Shown: one piece after another, positions 39,201 through 51,435 of the stretch
How the letters are laid out: each line of letters opens with the position of its first letter
Position numbering within the stretch: position 1 is the stretch's first letter
NCBI GenBank assembly: GCA_043228905.1
Contig: JBHGNT010000003.1
Coordinates: 868,001 to 932,000 of the forward strand
DNA length: 64,000 nucleotides
From: Azolla caroliniana
Lineage: Eukaryota > Plantae > Polypodiophyta
Direction of reading: 5' to 3'
The notes under the pieces: model-generated
What the model was told of the DNA's origin: nothing
Database searches by the model: none
Seen by the model: the letters and a program-made list of their open reading frames with translations, nothing else
Translations under genes and position numbers: made by a program

Positions 39201-41539
39201 AAATACTAAAAATGTGACCTTTTAAAATATATAGAGGGCCCAACATAATAATGGAAGCATACAAAAGAATTGATCGATTCGCATTGTAAGGTGAAAGACT
39301 ATGCACATTTGATTAAAGACATGCAATAATGGGACAAACAATTTAAAAGTGTTAACTTCGACCCACTTAGGTCTTGATAGATGTGCAACAATAGTATAAC
39401 TTCCCCTAACCATACAGTTTACCAATGACTATTGATAGGTATCGACGTATAAGCTTCGACTATAAGAAATAATTGGAGTTCTAAAGTATATAAGTAAAGT
39501 GACCATTCATAATTTGCCTTGATACGGCTATTGCCATTTTTGTGTTTGAGTTGTCTCGAGATGATCATTCATACCCCTTTTAGGTTTGTCTAATATTATG
39601 CTCTCATTGTTCGTATATATTTTGTGGTGGCCGTGGGAGTCGTGCAACAAACATGTTATCAACAACTCTCTTTGGTTTATCGTAGATGCATAAGCACATA
39701 GAAGAAGGGGAACGAAACTTGAGCGTTAACTCTCAAATGTATTTAATTAGGACAAGAAGATGATCCATCCCGTGTGTAGTTATCGTTAAAGACAACGTAC
39801 ATGAGAATAACTACTTTGAATACATAGAGTTGTGTTCCACTTACATTTATTTGGACACGTTGGTGAAGCTTCTTCACATTGCATGACATGCTTATGTATT
39901 GCGCCAAGTTTGTTATGTACAAAATTGTGATGATTTTTTGTTTCAAGTTGACCAAAGGATGGTTATCACAAAAGTTAATGAGCATTTGCTTATTAGAGAT
40001 CATCTCAAAGTAACCCAAGCATCATCATTTAAAGAGCATGTCCCTCACACATTTTGTGTTGAGGTATTTGTAATGTTCATACATTTTCACATGTTCTAAT
40101 ACATGACTATAATATGGCTTCTTATTCAATTCACTATTGATGGTATCATTCCCTTTACGCAAGAAGGAGATAATGTAGAAAACACCCACATACACATCTA
40201 TGTGCAAGAGATAGAATCACATGCATGAGCATAAAAGTGCATACACACATAAAAGTCGCAGAACTTGATACTACAAATAAGTCATTGTTGATATTCGTCA
40301 TTAATGATCCACAAACCATAGAAGCAACTATTTTCATAGAAGATAATTAACTAACAAAAAATCAAACCTAATTCCAAATGAGCATTATTTCCAAATCCAA
40401 TCATCGAGATAGATGCTCATAGCTCAAACTACTCTAGGCGAAATATGAAATTTTGGATAAAATTCAACCATGCACATAAATTATTTATACTTGCCTTGTT
40501 GACATGTATAATTTATTGGTAATATAGGTTTTAATTCGTATAGATGTTCCATCAATATGATTGCACAATATAGAAGCAATGAACTACACAATATGGAAAT
40601 AGACGTGGTAAACCCGTACCACATTGACATAGAGGTTATTTAATATATTCCATGTTAACGAAAGGGCATAACATGAATTGTTGCTCACTCATCAATTGCC
40701 ACCATTCCAAACGAGAAACCAATCAACGCATGGGGTACCTTCGATAGTCAAACTTTGTCTGCCCTATACATAATAGTGATTGGATAAAAACGTTCAATTG
40801 CGGCATAATTGGTTAGGATTCCTCAGAAGCTGGTGGTCTTGAATATCTCTACTAAAGTTAAGGAGGAGGGTATCCATTGTTGTGATGTGATGTGTGTGTG
40901 GGGGATAGAAGTGTGAGAAAGGGAGGTTTTTACACTATTATGTGAGCAAAAGAACACAAACATGAACAACATTCCCCCATCTATGTGCATGCACAAACAC
41001 TACTACAAAACATGGGGCATACGTCTCTTTACGTAAGGCACACATATAAAATGTATAAAATACAGAAATAGTCTACGTGTACAACCACTCATCATATACA
41101 CAAAAATGAGATCACATTACACCTTCACACACATGCAATTCAAGGCAAAAGCATCAAGATATTGTACATGTTGAAGGCAATTAGGCAAAATCCCATCTTC
41201 CCTAGTCTCAAAATGGTGTGTGGATGTCTTATGAAAGCTATTTGCATGAATCTCTAGATTGACAACTATTTCAAAGTACATATTCACCTCTTGATGAGAG
41301 GCCATGTTTACAAGGTTGAAAAATGGGTGTTTTACCAAAAGGACCGTCCTATACGAGGATTGCATTCTCTATGATAAAAGATGTCACGGCGGATTATAAA
41401 ACATTTATCATCTATTACGATCTCATAAAATTAAAAAGCTACATTGACAACACAAATGCTTGAAAAGAGGTGAAAAGAAAATTCTGGAGTCGTTCTACAA
41501 AGAGAAGTAACATAGAATTCAAGCAATTCCATAAGGATG

Positions 41540-42455
41540 TGCGAGATCAACCATACGTAGCATGACCTCAGTCATACATATCAAAACAAATGAATGAGGG
41601 ATTGAAACATGTCATTGCTCATCTCTTGGTTCCACGAGCAACGTAACAACAGATCACGAGAGACTTGAGAGGAGTGTTGTTCCTTGGAGCAAATGTTTGT
41701 GAGTGGAATAACATGAGCTCAACCATACATATTGTGCTAGTTGAATGAAGGACCGAAACACGACGTTGCTTGACACGTGGTTCCATGAGTGGCACAACGG
41801 ATCACAAGAGACTAAAGAGGAGTATTCTTGATAGGAATAGACGTGTGTAAGTGGAATAGCATGAGCAAACACATACAAATCATGCTCGTTGAATGAAGGA
41901 TTGAAACACGGGATTTTCCTTGAATCTTTGGCTCCTACAAGTGATGCAACAAATAAGTTACAAAAAGACTTACGAGGAGCGTTCTTTCCCGGAGTAGATG
42001 TATGCAAGTGGAATAACATGAGCTCAACCATACACATATTGTGTTAATTGAATGATTCAGGGATCGAAACACGAGATTGCCTCACCCTCTGGTTCCCACG
42101 AGGGATGCAACAAACAAGTTAAGAAAAGACTCAAGAGGAGTGTTCTTCCCAGGAGAAAATGCATGGGATTGGAATAACACGAGCTCAACCATACACATGT
42201 CGTGTGACTTAAATGAAGGATTGAAACCTTCTGGTTCCCGCGAAGGATGCAACAAACAGGTTCTGAAAAGGCTCAGGAGGAGTGTTCTTCCCCGGAGCAG
42301 ATGTGTGCGAGTGGAATAACACGAGCTCAACCATACACATATTGCGTCACTCGAATGAAGGATCGAAACACGGGATTGCTTGACCCATGGTTCCATGGTA
42401 GACAGATCACTCACGAGAGATTCAAGAGGAGTGTTCTTCCATGGAGCAGATGCGT
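41540..42455. repeat. Tandem satellite-like array, about 6 units of 140-160 bp, upstream of HSP90
   Basis: Core GTGGAATAACA(C/T)GAGCTCAACCATACACAT recurs at about 41703, 41851, 42008, 42170 and 42311. Each unit also has GAATGAAGGA..GAAACACG and GAGGAGTGTTCTTCC. Confidence 0.85.
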
Positions 42456-42820
42456 GTGTGTGTGTGTGTGAAAGCACCCTTCATAGGGGAGAAGAATTGA
42501 TGGCCACAAAATAATATGTATATGTATATATATTCAATGGATAAGGTTTTTAAAACCATTGAAGAAAAACAGAGATGGGAAAAACTACATAAAAATATCT
42601 GAAGTAAGTTTTATGAAGGGTTTTACCTCTCTGTTCCTGTGTGGTGTGTGTGTGTGTGTATGTATGTACATATATAGAGAGAAGTCCTGTTGATTTCTGA
42701 TTTTTGGTCTTTGTGTCGAAATTGGTGTTTCCAAGCTTCTGTTCCTTCTTTTGTATCGGGATTAGGGTTCCGGATTCCTCTCCCTGCGCTTTGGCTTGGG
42801 CTTGGGTTTGCTTTTAATCC

Positions 42821-45800
42821 ATGGCTTCTCGCTACCTTGCTTCGGCTTCTGCTCCCGTTCACACTGGTGCTCCTCTTGGACTCTCTGGTGCTTCTCTGCC
42901 ATTTCTCTCTGCAAGGTCTCTGAAGGTATGTTCTAAAAACTTTCGTTTTAATATTACTTCTAAACATTTCGCAAATAATTTATGTTTAGTTTTGCATGTT
43001 TCTGCACCAGTTTTCGAATAATATGGGATCCATAGATTGTCTTAGAAGAGAGAGTTATTGCTATTATAATGGGTTCTTATTAGAACAGAGAATTAAACTT
43101 TGTGTAGTTGTGTTGCTTCATTGTCAGAACCGTTTTGTAACTACAACTGCTTTATGTTAATATTAAATAATTTATATTAACTTAAAAAATATTTAGGTTT
43201 TTGAAAAGTATTAGAAGGTTATGACGACAAATTGGTGTGGAGTTGATGTTTCTGAGAATCCTTTCTGCTTTGCAGTTTGTTTTAAAATTTGGAAATAGTA
43301 AAAGCATGGCATGATATAAAAACTTGCTAGAAAGGTTTCTGAAAACTCTAGAAAGATCTCTGTTTTTATAGAATAACCTGATATCTGATTGTTGCTAAAA
43401 ATCATGGCACCTTCCAGAAAAACCTTTTCCCTCTTTGAAAGAAACAAAATACCTTGCTAGTTGAAGACTTTCACGAATATGAGCCAGTTTTGAATATGAG
43501 CTTGTTTATATATGTGAATTTCTCGAATACCTGCTAATCGAGGTTTTAATGTATATAGATATCACGAAAATATAATTTTCCATGCATAGAAATGTATTGA
43601 TATTTGAAAGTTATGCAGACGTTCATCACTCAGATCAGGGAGAACTATACTATTTTTTTTGCCTGTTTTGATATTAAATGTCTGAATTTGCACTTAACAT
43701 CAATGAGAAACATATAAGCTTTACCTGTTTAGATGAGGGAAAATACTTCGAAATGTGTCGTTTTCATTTTTTTTATCCAGAAAAAATATTCTATGCATCT
43801 GTGACCTGATATATGTGTAGTATGACGACTATCTGACTATGGGATAATCTGAGAAGTCATTAACTTCTATGTATGCTAAAGGTTAATCTTGTGTTTTTCA
43901 GGTTGTGCGGAATGAACTCAGCCCTCTCAAAATTGGCAAGCCTCCTGTCAATGGAAGGTTGCCCATCTATTCTCGGAGATTAAGATTAAATTCGGTTGCA
44001 ACCGAATCAGCAGTTAGCGAGACTGAAACCAATCTCAAAGGAGGAGAGGACCCAGTGACTGTCGAGAAGCATGAATACCAGGCAGAGGTGGGGGTTAATG
44101 TTATTATTATTATTATTATTTGACGAAGGATCTATTGAAATTCACAAAAGTGTTGTGGATTAATAGATACCATTTGGAGGTTGGGCTTCTTATTATTAGT
44201 TATGAAGGGTTTACCAATATATACAAAAATATTCTGAAAAGTCGAAAAGTTAAACTGATGTTTCTATACATTAAAAGATATATTATCTTGCCGAAAAGCA
44301 TTTATGCTTAGTGAGGTAAGATGTAATCCATTATATAGAAACATGACTTTATATCGTATTTACATATAATCATCACAGTTGCTGTGTAGTTTTCAGAAAA
44401 GAACAAGATATGAGCACGTTCCACTTGTATAGCTATTCCTCACAATTTAGGGGGGGCTTGTTTCAGGTTAGCAGGCTTCTCGATATTATTGTGCACAGTC
44501 TCTACAGTCATACTGAAGTCTTTCTGAGAGAGCTGGTCAGGTAGGATGTTGGAGCTGATATTGATTGATTTGCTATGATTTCTTGTGTGAAATGTTGATG
44601 TTTTTTGGTTATTGAAATATTCAGATTGCTTATAACTGCTTCTTATTGTGTCTGTCAGCAATGCAAGTGATGCACTTGATAAGTTGAGGTTCTTGAGTGT
44701 CACTGACCCAAGCCTTTTGGGCAGTGATCCGGAATTGGCCATTAAGATTCGAAGTGATAAAGATGCAAGGATCCTTGTGATTCAGTAAGTTGTATGATTA
44801 TTTCTTTAGTTTGGATCATTTCTCTTACCAAAGGTTAGCTTGTAAAGCTTATGAATTCTTATGCTTCTGTTCTAATTTGGGGCAATTGCTTGTACTTTAA
44901 ACCCTGTTTTATCATTATTTTAATCATTTCTCTTTCCAGTAATGGGCTGACAAAATTTTGACAGTTGCATTTTTTTCATCTAACTCTGGCAAATTTTTGC
45001 ATGTACTGTTCTCAAGGGACTCAGGCATAGGTATGACCAAGGATGATCTTATTCACAGTCTTGGCACTATTGCTCAAAGTGGCACTGCTAATTTCTTAAA
45101 AGCTCTCAAAGTATGTGCTTTGGTCTACATGGGTTTATGTATCCATCTCTCATGCTGGAAACCTAATTTTTGTCGTGATTAAATTGCACAGGAAAATAAG
45201 GAAACTCTTGGGGGTGATAATGGTCTGATTGGCAAATTTGGTGTGGGGTTCTATTCAGCATTCCTTGTTGCTGATAAGGTACTTGATTCTTACTTCTAAC
45301 CTTTCATGTATTTTCTCATCTCATATCTTGTGTTGATGCTCATTTGATATCTTATGTTGACGCATTTGTGAGTTACAATGGAAAAGTCAGCAAGATTAAT
45401 TTAGTGGGGTTAACGAACCTTGTATTAATGTGTGTTTTAGCTCATCCCATTCTCATGTTGATTCATTTGTTAGTTGTTTCTCGAAAATAGAGAAGATTAA
45501 TAGCCGTAGTAAACTAACATTGCTTTAATCGATGTGAAAAACTAGTTCCTATAGTTAAGAGGCGGAATTCAATCCCCAATTCATACTTTTAAGGATATGT
45601 TGTTCTTGTGAATTCCTTTGATTTGCAATCTTTCTGATTTCGAAATTTTCCATAAGGGCTCATTGGTTGGAAATACTTTGGATATGTACATTAATTCTAT
45701 AACCTTCTAATATGACTGTTGCACAGGTTGTTGTAACGACGAGGCCTCCCAACACTGATAAGCAGTATGTATGGGAAGCAGAGGCCAACAGTAGTGCATT

Positions 45801-48800
45801 TATCATCCGAGAGGAGACTGACCCTGACTTCATTCTTGAGAGGGGTACTGCTGTAATCTTGCATCTAAAGGTTGGTTATGATTTTTGACAACGTGATTTC
45901 TGCTTTGTGGGTGGAGGTTGAGGGGAAGTGTGGTCTTATTTCTGAAAATAATTTCAAATTTATTTCAGGAGGATGCATTGGACTATCTTGATACTGAAAA
46001 AGTTCAGGAGCTTGTGAAGAATTATTCACAATTTATCTCTTTTCCTATTTATGTTGGACGGGAGAAACCTGCAGTAGCTAAGGTTGGTTTCTCTTAACCA
46101 CTATGGTATCTGTGCTTGTTTTGCTCCGTCTCACAGTATGAGATATGTATACTGTTGTTACATTATTGAAATGATGATTTTTGTACAGGCAACAGAGGAT
46201 GGTACTGAACCTGAGAAGGTGAGTTGTTCTGCTAATACCAAAGTATTATTGAACCGTTTAAATTTAAAGAGACTAGTAACTAATTGGTGGTTGGTTTCTG
46301 GTTTTATGCAGGAAAAGAAAACTTACAGCTATGAACTTGTGAATGAAACAAAGCCAATCTGGGTTAGTAAACTTATCTTCATGTCTTGTTTTATTCTTTG
46401 TATATGTTTTTTCATGTAAAGGTCATATTTTATGTCATACGGACTTGTAACAAGAAATATAATCTCTCTACGATGTGTGCAGATGCGAAGCCCAAAAGAA
46501 GTTACAAAGGAGGAGTACCATGCATTCTATAAGAAGACATATGATGAACGTCTTGACCCAATGGCTTACTCACATTTTAATACTGAGGTATGTTTTTCTC
46601 AAATGGAGAGAGCTGAAATCGTTCAATTTGCGTCAAATAATAAACATTGCTTGTTTTTTTTTGTTTTATCTTGTTATGGCAGTATCTGAACTTCTCATAA
46701 GTTTCTTCTCACAGGGTGAAGTGGAGTTTAAAAGTCTCTTGTACATTCCTGGAATGGCTCCTTTTTCGTCAGATAAAGCTTCTTCAGAACTCAAGAACAT
46801 AAAGCTTTATGTTAGACGGGTGTTCATTTCTGATGATTTTCATGGAGCATTGGTGAGGCACTTGAAATCTTCTTCAAATAATATTTTATTCAAAATAATA
46901 TAGTGACCATGCTGTTCTCATATCAACTTTGTTCTGGCTTTATGCTACAGTTTCCTAGTTACCTATCCTTCATGAAGGGCGTTGTTGATTCTAATGATCT
47001 ACCTCTAAATGTATCTCGTGAACTTCTGCAAGAGAGTAGAATTGTAAGTGTCTTTTTAGCAGCTGCATATGAGATATGTTTGGGACATACCTGACACTGT
47101 TGTCTTACAGATGAATCTCATGAAGAAAAGGTTGACAAAGAAATCATTTGATTTGTTTGATTCGATTATGAAGAGGAAGGATCCAGAGGTAACATAATCT
47201 ATGTAGAATCTAGATGTTAGACATATAAACTCTACTGATGGTTTCTCTCAGGTATCCATGTCTTTGATTAATCTAATGCACGTTTGTATACTCATTTGCT
47301 TCATAGGAGTACAAGAAGTTCTGGAGGAACTATGGGAAGTACATAAAACTGGGTATAAGTGAAGACAAAGATAACCAAAAAAGACTGTCATCCTTCCTGA
47401 GATATTATTCATCAAAGCATCAGGAAGAAATGACTAGCCTGAAAGATTATGTGGAGAACATGAAAGAGGACCAGCAGGCTATTTACTACTTCTCATCAGA
47501 ATCTGTTAAAAGTGCTAGGAATGCTCCCTTCATGGAGAAACTTGTTGAGAGAGGATACGAGGTATCACATATCTTGGCTGCTATTTTATTCTGTTATTAC
47601 TATATGATTGCAGCTCTCAATATTCTTAACACTGAAAAAATTGATCTGACTTGTAGGTTCTGTTTCTCACGGAACCTTTGGATGAGGTTTCAATCAATGC
47701 TCTCAAATCTTTTAAGGGGAAAGATTTTATTGATGTGAGCAAGGAAGACTTTGATATAGGTATGCATTTTCGTTGCACATCTTAAGAAAATGCTCAGTAT
47801 TTATGTGTAATCATACCCCATGTATTTCTGCATTACACAGTAGTCAAATGCTAGATGCATCCGAAATCTTAAACATCATTAATATTTGCATCTAAATTAT
47901 TAAGTAAAGCTATTTGAAACTTAAGTTGTTTTACGAACGTATGGTTATTGATAGTTTTAAATTAATACTCGGATTTGCCTAGTTTTGAGTATAGATATTT
48001 AAAACCTCAGTTTTTTGTTGATATTGCAGTCTGTCTGTGGGGTAGTAGATTGTATTGATTTGCTATATATCAATTTTAAATCTCTTATATGCCCATTCAG
48101 TGGAAATAAAATTTGACATTCTTCTTTTTCTGTGGAATAGGCATATAAGACTTTCTCATACACAAGTTTTTTCTTCTATCTTTCTGTGATGAATAAGCAC
48201 TTGTTATTTCTAGATCCAAGAACTGTGCTATATCAACTTTTCTTTTTACGCAGGTGATGATGAAGAGCAGAAACAACTAGTGAATGAATATGCACCTTTG
48301 TGTGATTGGATGAAGGATATGCTGGGCGAGAAAATTTCTAAGGTTGAAGTATCGAAAAGACTGAGCACTTCACCATGCGCACTGATTTCGGGTAAATATG
48401 GATGGTCTGCCAACATGGAAAGGTATAGCGCGTGTACTTTAAAGCCTAGATTTAATGCGGAATGAGGCTTGAGAAGATTTGTTAACACTCATGTCTTTTG
48501 TTTGCAGGATGATGAGAGCCCAGAATCTAGGTGATACCCCTGGGCTCAGAGAGTACATGGCATCAACTAGAATTCTTGAAATCAATCCGAATCATCGCAT
48601 AATTCAGTACCTGGATGTGAGTAGAATTATAGTTATTTTTCATCCGTATTATGGCATTTTAAAAATAATATTGCTTGACCTAGATAGAGATCACTTTTGC
48701 TAGGATGCTCGGCTTGCTGGAAAAGATGACACTATGGACACTGTTGAGCTTCTTTATGAAACTGCTCTTATGTCAAGTGGTTTTGTTGTGAGTACTTATT

Positions 48801-49582
48801 TGCCAAATTTTCTTTCAGTTTTGTGTTTAGGATTTTTTCTTTATGTCTGAATTTCTGTTTCATCCATGAAATATTAGTAAATTTGAGAAAAGAAACAAAT
48901 TTTTTGGAGCAGCAGCAAACTTATGGAAAAAACCACTATTTTACGTTCGTTTGTTGGATTTTTCTTATGATTGGTTTCCTTGCTGCAGCCTGAAGATCCA
49001 GCAGGTCTCGGTTCCAGAATCTATCAGTTGATAGAAGCCAATGTAAGTGGAGGCAACAACGTGAACCAAGTATATAGTGAGACTCAATATAATGCTGCTA
49101 GTCAAGGATACAATGAGGGTCAATACAATACTCCTAGTCCAGGATACAATGAAGGTCCTTACAATGCTGCTGGTCAAGTATACAATGAGGGTCAATACAA
49201 CACTTCTAGTCAAGGATACGATGCTGCAAGTCAAGGATACCCTGAAGGTCAATACAATCAATACCCTGGGAATCCAGGATACTCAGAGGGTCAATACAAT
49301 CAAGGATATGATGGGAGCCAAAGCAATCAATATGGTGTGAATCAAGCATACACTGAGGGTCAATATGATCCAAGTCAAGCATATAGTGCTGGTCAATATG
49401 ATGCAAATCAAGGATACAATGGAGGTCAATACAATGTGAGTCCGGATCAAGGTCAATACAATGTGGGGCAAGGTCAATATAGCGGCCCTGAAGAATTTGC
49501 TGGAAATGATTTGCCACCGTACCAGGATCCCAACTTTGCCCCCTCGACCAGACCACCTCCAATTGAACCCGAAGTTGTGTGA
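42821..49582 (+). CDS. HSP90-5: Organellar (plastid HSP90C-like) HSP90 with a repeat-rich C-terminal extension; about 20 exons (42821-42925, 43902-44087, 44467-44540, 44659-44784, 45017-45110, 45192-45278, 45727-45870, 45969-46082, 46189-46218, 46312-46362, 46483-46587, 46715-46852, 46951-47043, 47111-47188, 47308-47561, 47657-47759, 48254-48422, 48508-48616, 48704-48787, 48989-49582)
   Basis: The N-terminus is a Ser/Ala/Arg-rich transit-peptide-like sequence. Signatures seen: [55 protein letters not shown](K)[55 protein letters not shown] and LEINPNH. The HSLYSH and ISDDF forms are organellar. Plastid versus mitochondrial assignment is an inference. Confidence 0.93.
49070..49485 (+). repeat. 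Coding minisatellite, about 36 bp (YNEGQYNxxSQG) units in the last HSP90 exon
   Basis: GGTCAATACAAT/GGTCAATATGAT recurs more than 10 times and the frame is preserved throughout. Confidence 0.9.
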
Positions 49583-50320
49583 TATGAAAGCGCACACATA
49601 TCAAAGTGTGAAATGGGTTCATATACAACTGTCAGAAGTTTGTTCCTAAGTGAAAATCCTTGTATATGACTCATATGAGTATGGAAAGCATAGAATTAAA
49701 CTGTTATTTCTTTTGCCTGGTTTCCAAATTTATTATAATACCGGAACTGCTTGCATTGTGCAAGATGTATTGAAATTTTGACCTTGAAATTAAGAGAGTT
49801 TTTATGGGGTAACACAACAGTATGTCAGAAATGATGAGAAGATACGACAAATCTATGTGAATTTGGCATGAATTTTCAGGAATTCCTAATAGATTGGCCT
49901 AGGAATTTTCAGGTCTAACAACTACAAGGATGGCAACATCTCTGAGACACAACCTGTGCTATTTGCTCGACTACTTGACCATAGAACCAAACTCAAGGAA
50001 TATCAAAACAGTGAAATTGGGCAAAATATTTTGGATTTCATTTGTTTATTCCATGGGTCATATGCTCCCCCCCCCCCCCGGTGCCATCCTCCACCTGATG
50101 ATGCTAAATCGTCATCATCATCATTGTCGACAATGTTTATTTTTTTTCGTTTATAAATGGAGTTGCACTTTAGTGAATGAGGGCACCTTTTCGTCAAATA
50201 TTGAGAAGTAGCTCTATTGGAAGTAAAATACGTTGTCTATATGTTTTTCCTCATACCTTACGAAATTGAAATGCTTCTCAGAAGTGGTAGGGGGTTGTCA
50301 ATACAATAGATACTTATGTG

Positions 50321-50570
50321 ACTAAATCTTTGGAAATGTGAACCATTTGATCGTTAGACACTTTTTGTAATGTGGTGTAGACACTTTTTGTAATGTGGTG
50401 TTGTTTCTTGTGTGAACCTAACCTCATGTTAGGTACACAATTGTTGTTTGGATTTTTGAGTAAATCTTTGGAAATGTGAACCATTTGTTTGGGTAGACAC
50501 ATTTTTTATTATGTGTTGTTGCTTGCATGAATGCAACCTCATGTTAGATACACAATACTAGTTTGAATTT
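50321..50570. repeat. Degenerate tandem duplication, about 140 bp
   Basis: TAAATCTTTGGAAATGTGAACCATTTG and AACCTCATGTTAG each occur twice. Confidence 0.7.
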
Positions 50571-51063
50571 CTTCAATGTGCATGATATGTGCCTAAAATA
50601 AACTTGAGGCTTTCTTGTTTGGGTTCCTCAATCATTTATTATGTGTATTAGTATTAAGAAATTGTCCTGAAGTCAAGGTCATCGAGTGACGCTTCGTTAA
50701 TTGTTTAGGATCTCATTGATTCTATATATGGTGAATTGCTCGTGAAAGTTTTCCTTGTCAAGTATTGCAATACATGATGCTCTATTTTGCCTTGCTATCC
50801 ATGTTTTTTCATCAATGTGACCAATGACAATAACCTAGGTGCACAACACAGTTTTTCGTTGGTTAAAAATGTACCATTATTAATTAATGTTGAGTTTTGT
50901 TGATATTACCGATGCCAAATTGCTAGCGAACTTTGATTTTCTAGGTCACCTAGATTTTCCACGTTGTCGTAGTGTATTTCGTACACTACGTGAAAAAGTA
51001 AAAATAATATAACCGATTTAATTACATATAAATAAATAAAATAATATATCAAGATATTTATCA

Positions 51064-51132
51064 CGTGCATAGGGCAAGATTCAAACCTTGTACCTCCACG
51101 TAGCCAAACCTCAACTTTACCATTATGCTACC
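51064..51132 (-). mobile_element. tRNA-derived SINE-like head (degenerate)
   Basis: The minus strand reads GGTAGCATAATGGTAAAG...GGTTTGAATCTTGCCCTATGCAC, with A-box and B-box-like motifs at tRNA spacing but no proper cloverleaf. Confidence 0.4.
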
Positions 51133-51435
51133 TTATCTTTAGTGTTTTATAAATAGATTTAATAACTATAAGTGCTTTATTTGCGCCTACCTTTATTAAA
51201 AGGTAAATCGTGCATTTTTAGAGTGTGTGAATATTTTATAGAAAAAAACGCAAGCAACTAAAAAGTGACTCGTGCACATCTAGCGTGCATGAGCACTATA
51301 TTTAGCAAATAAAAGCAAGGATTAGAAAAGCATCACATGCATATTTAGTGTGCATGAACATATTAAAAAAAAAAGCATGTAGCTATGCTTAGTCTCTCCC
51401 ATCACTACATAAGGATGGGGAGCACAATGTAATAG

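Noticed and set aside
41540-42455. CRISPR-like appearance of a conserved ~30-bp motif at regular spacing
   Set aside because: The intervening sequences are homologous to each other rather than unique spacers, there are no cas genes, and the context is eukaryotic. It is a tandem repeat.
48965-49674. Several antisense and alternate-frame ORFs over the HSP90 tail
   Set aside because: They are shadows of the coding minisatellite. Only the frame continuous with HSP90 is supported by splicing.
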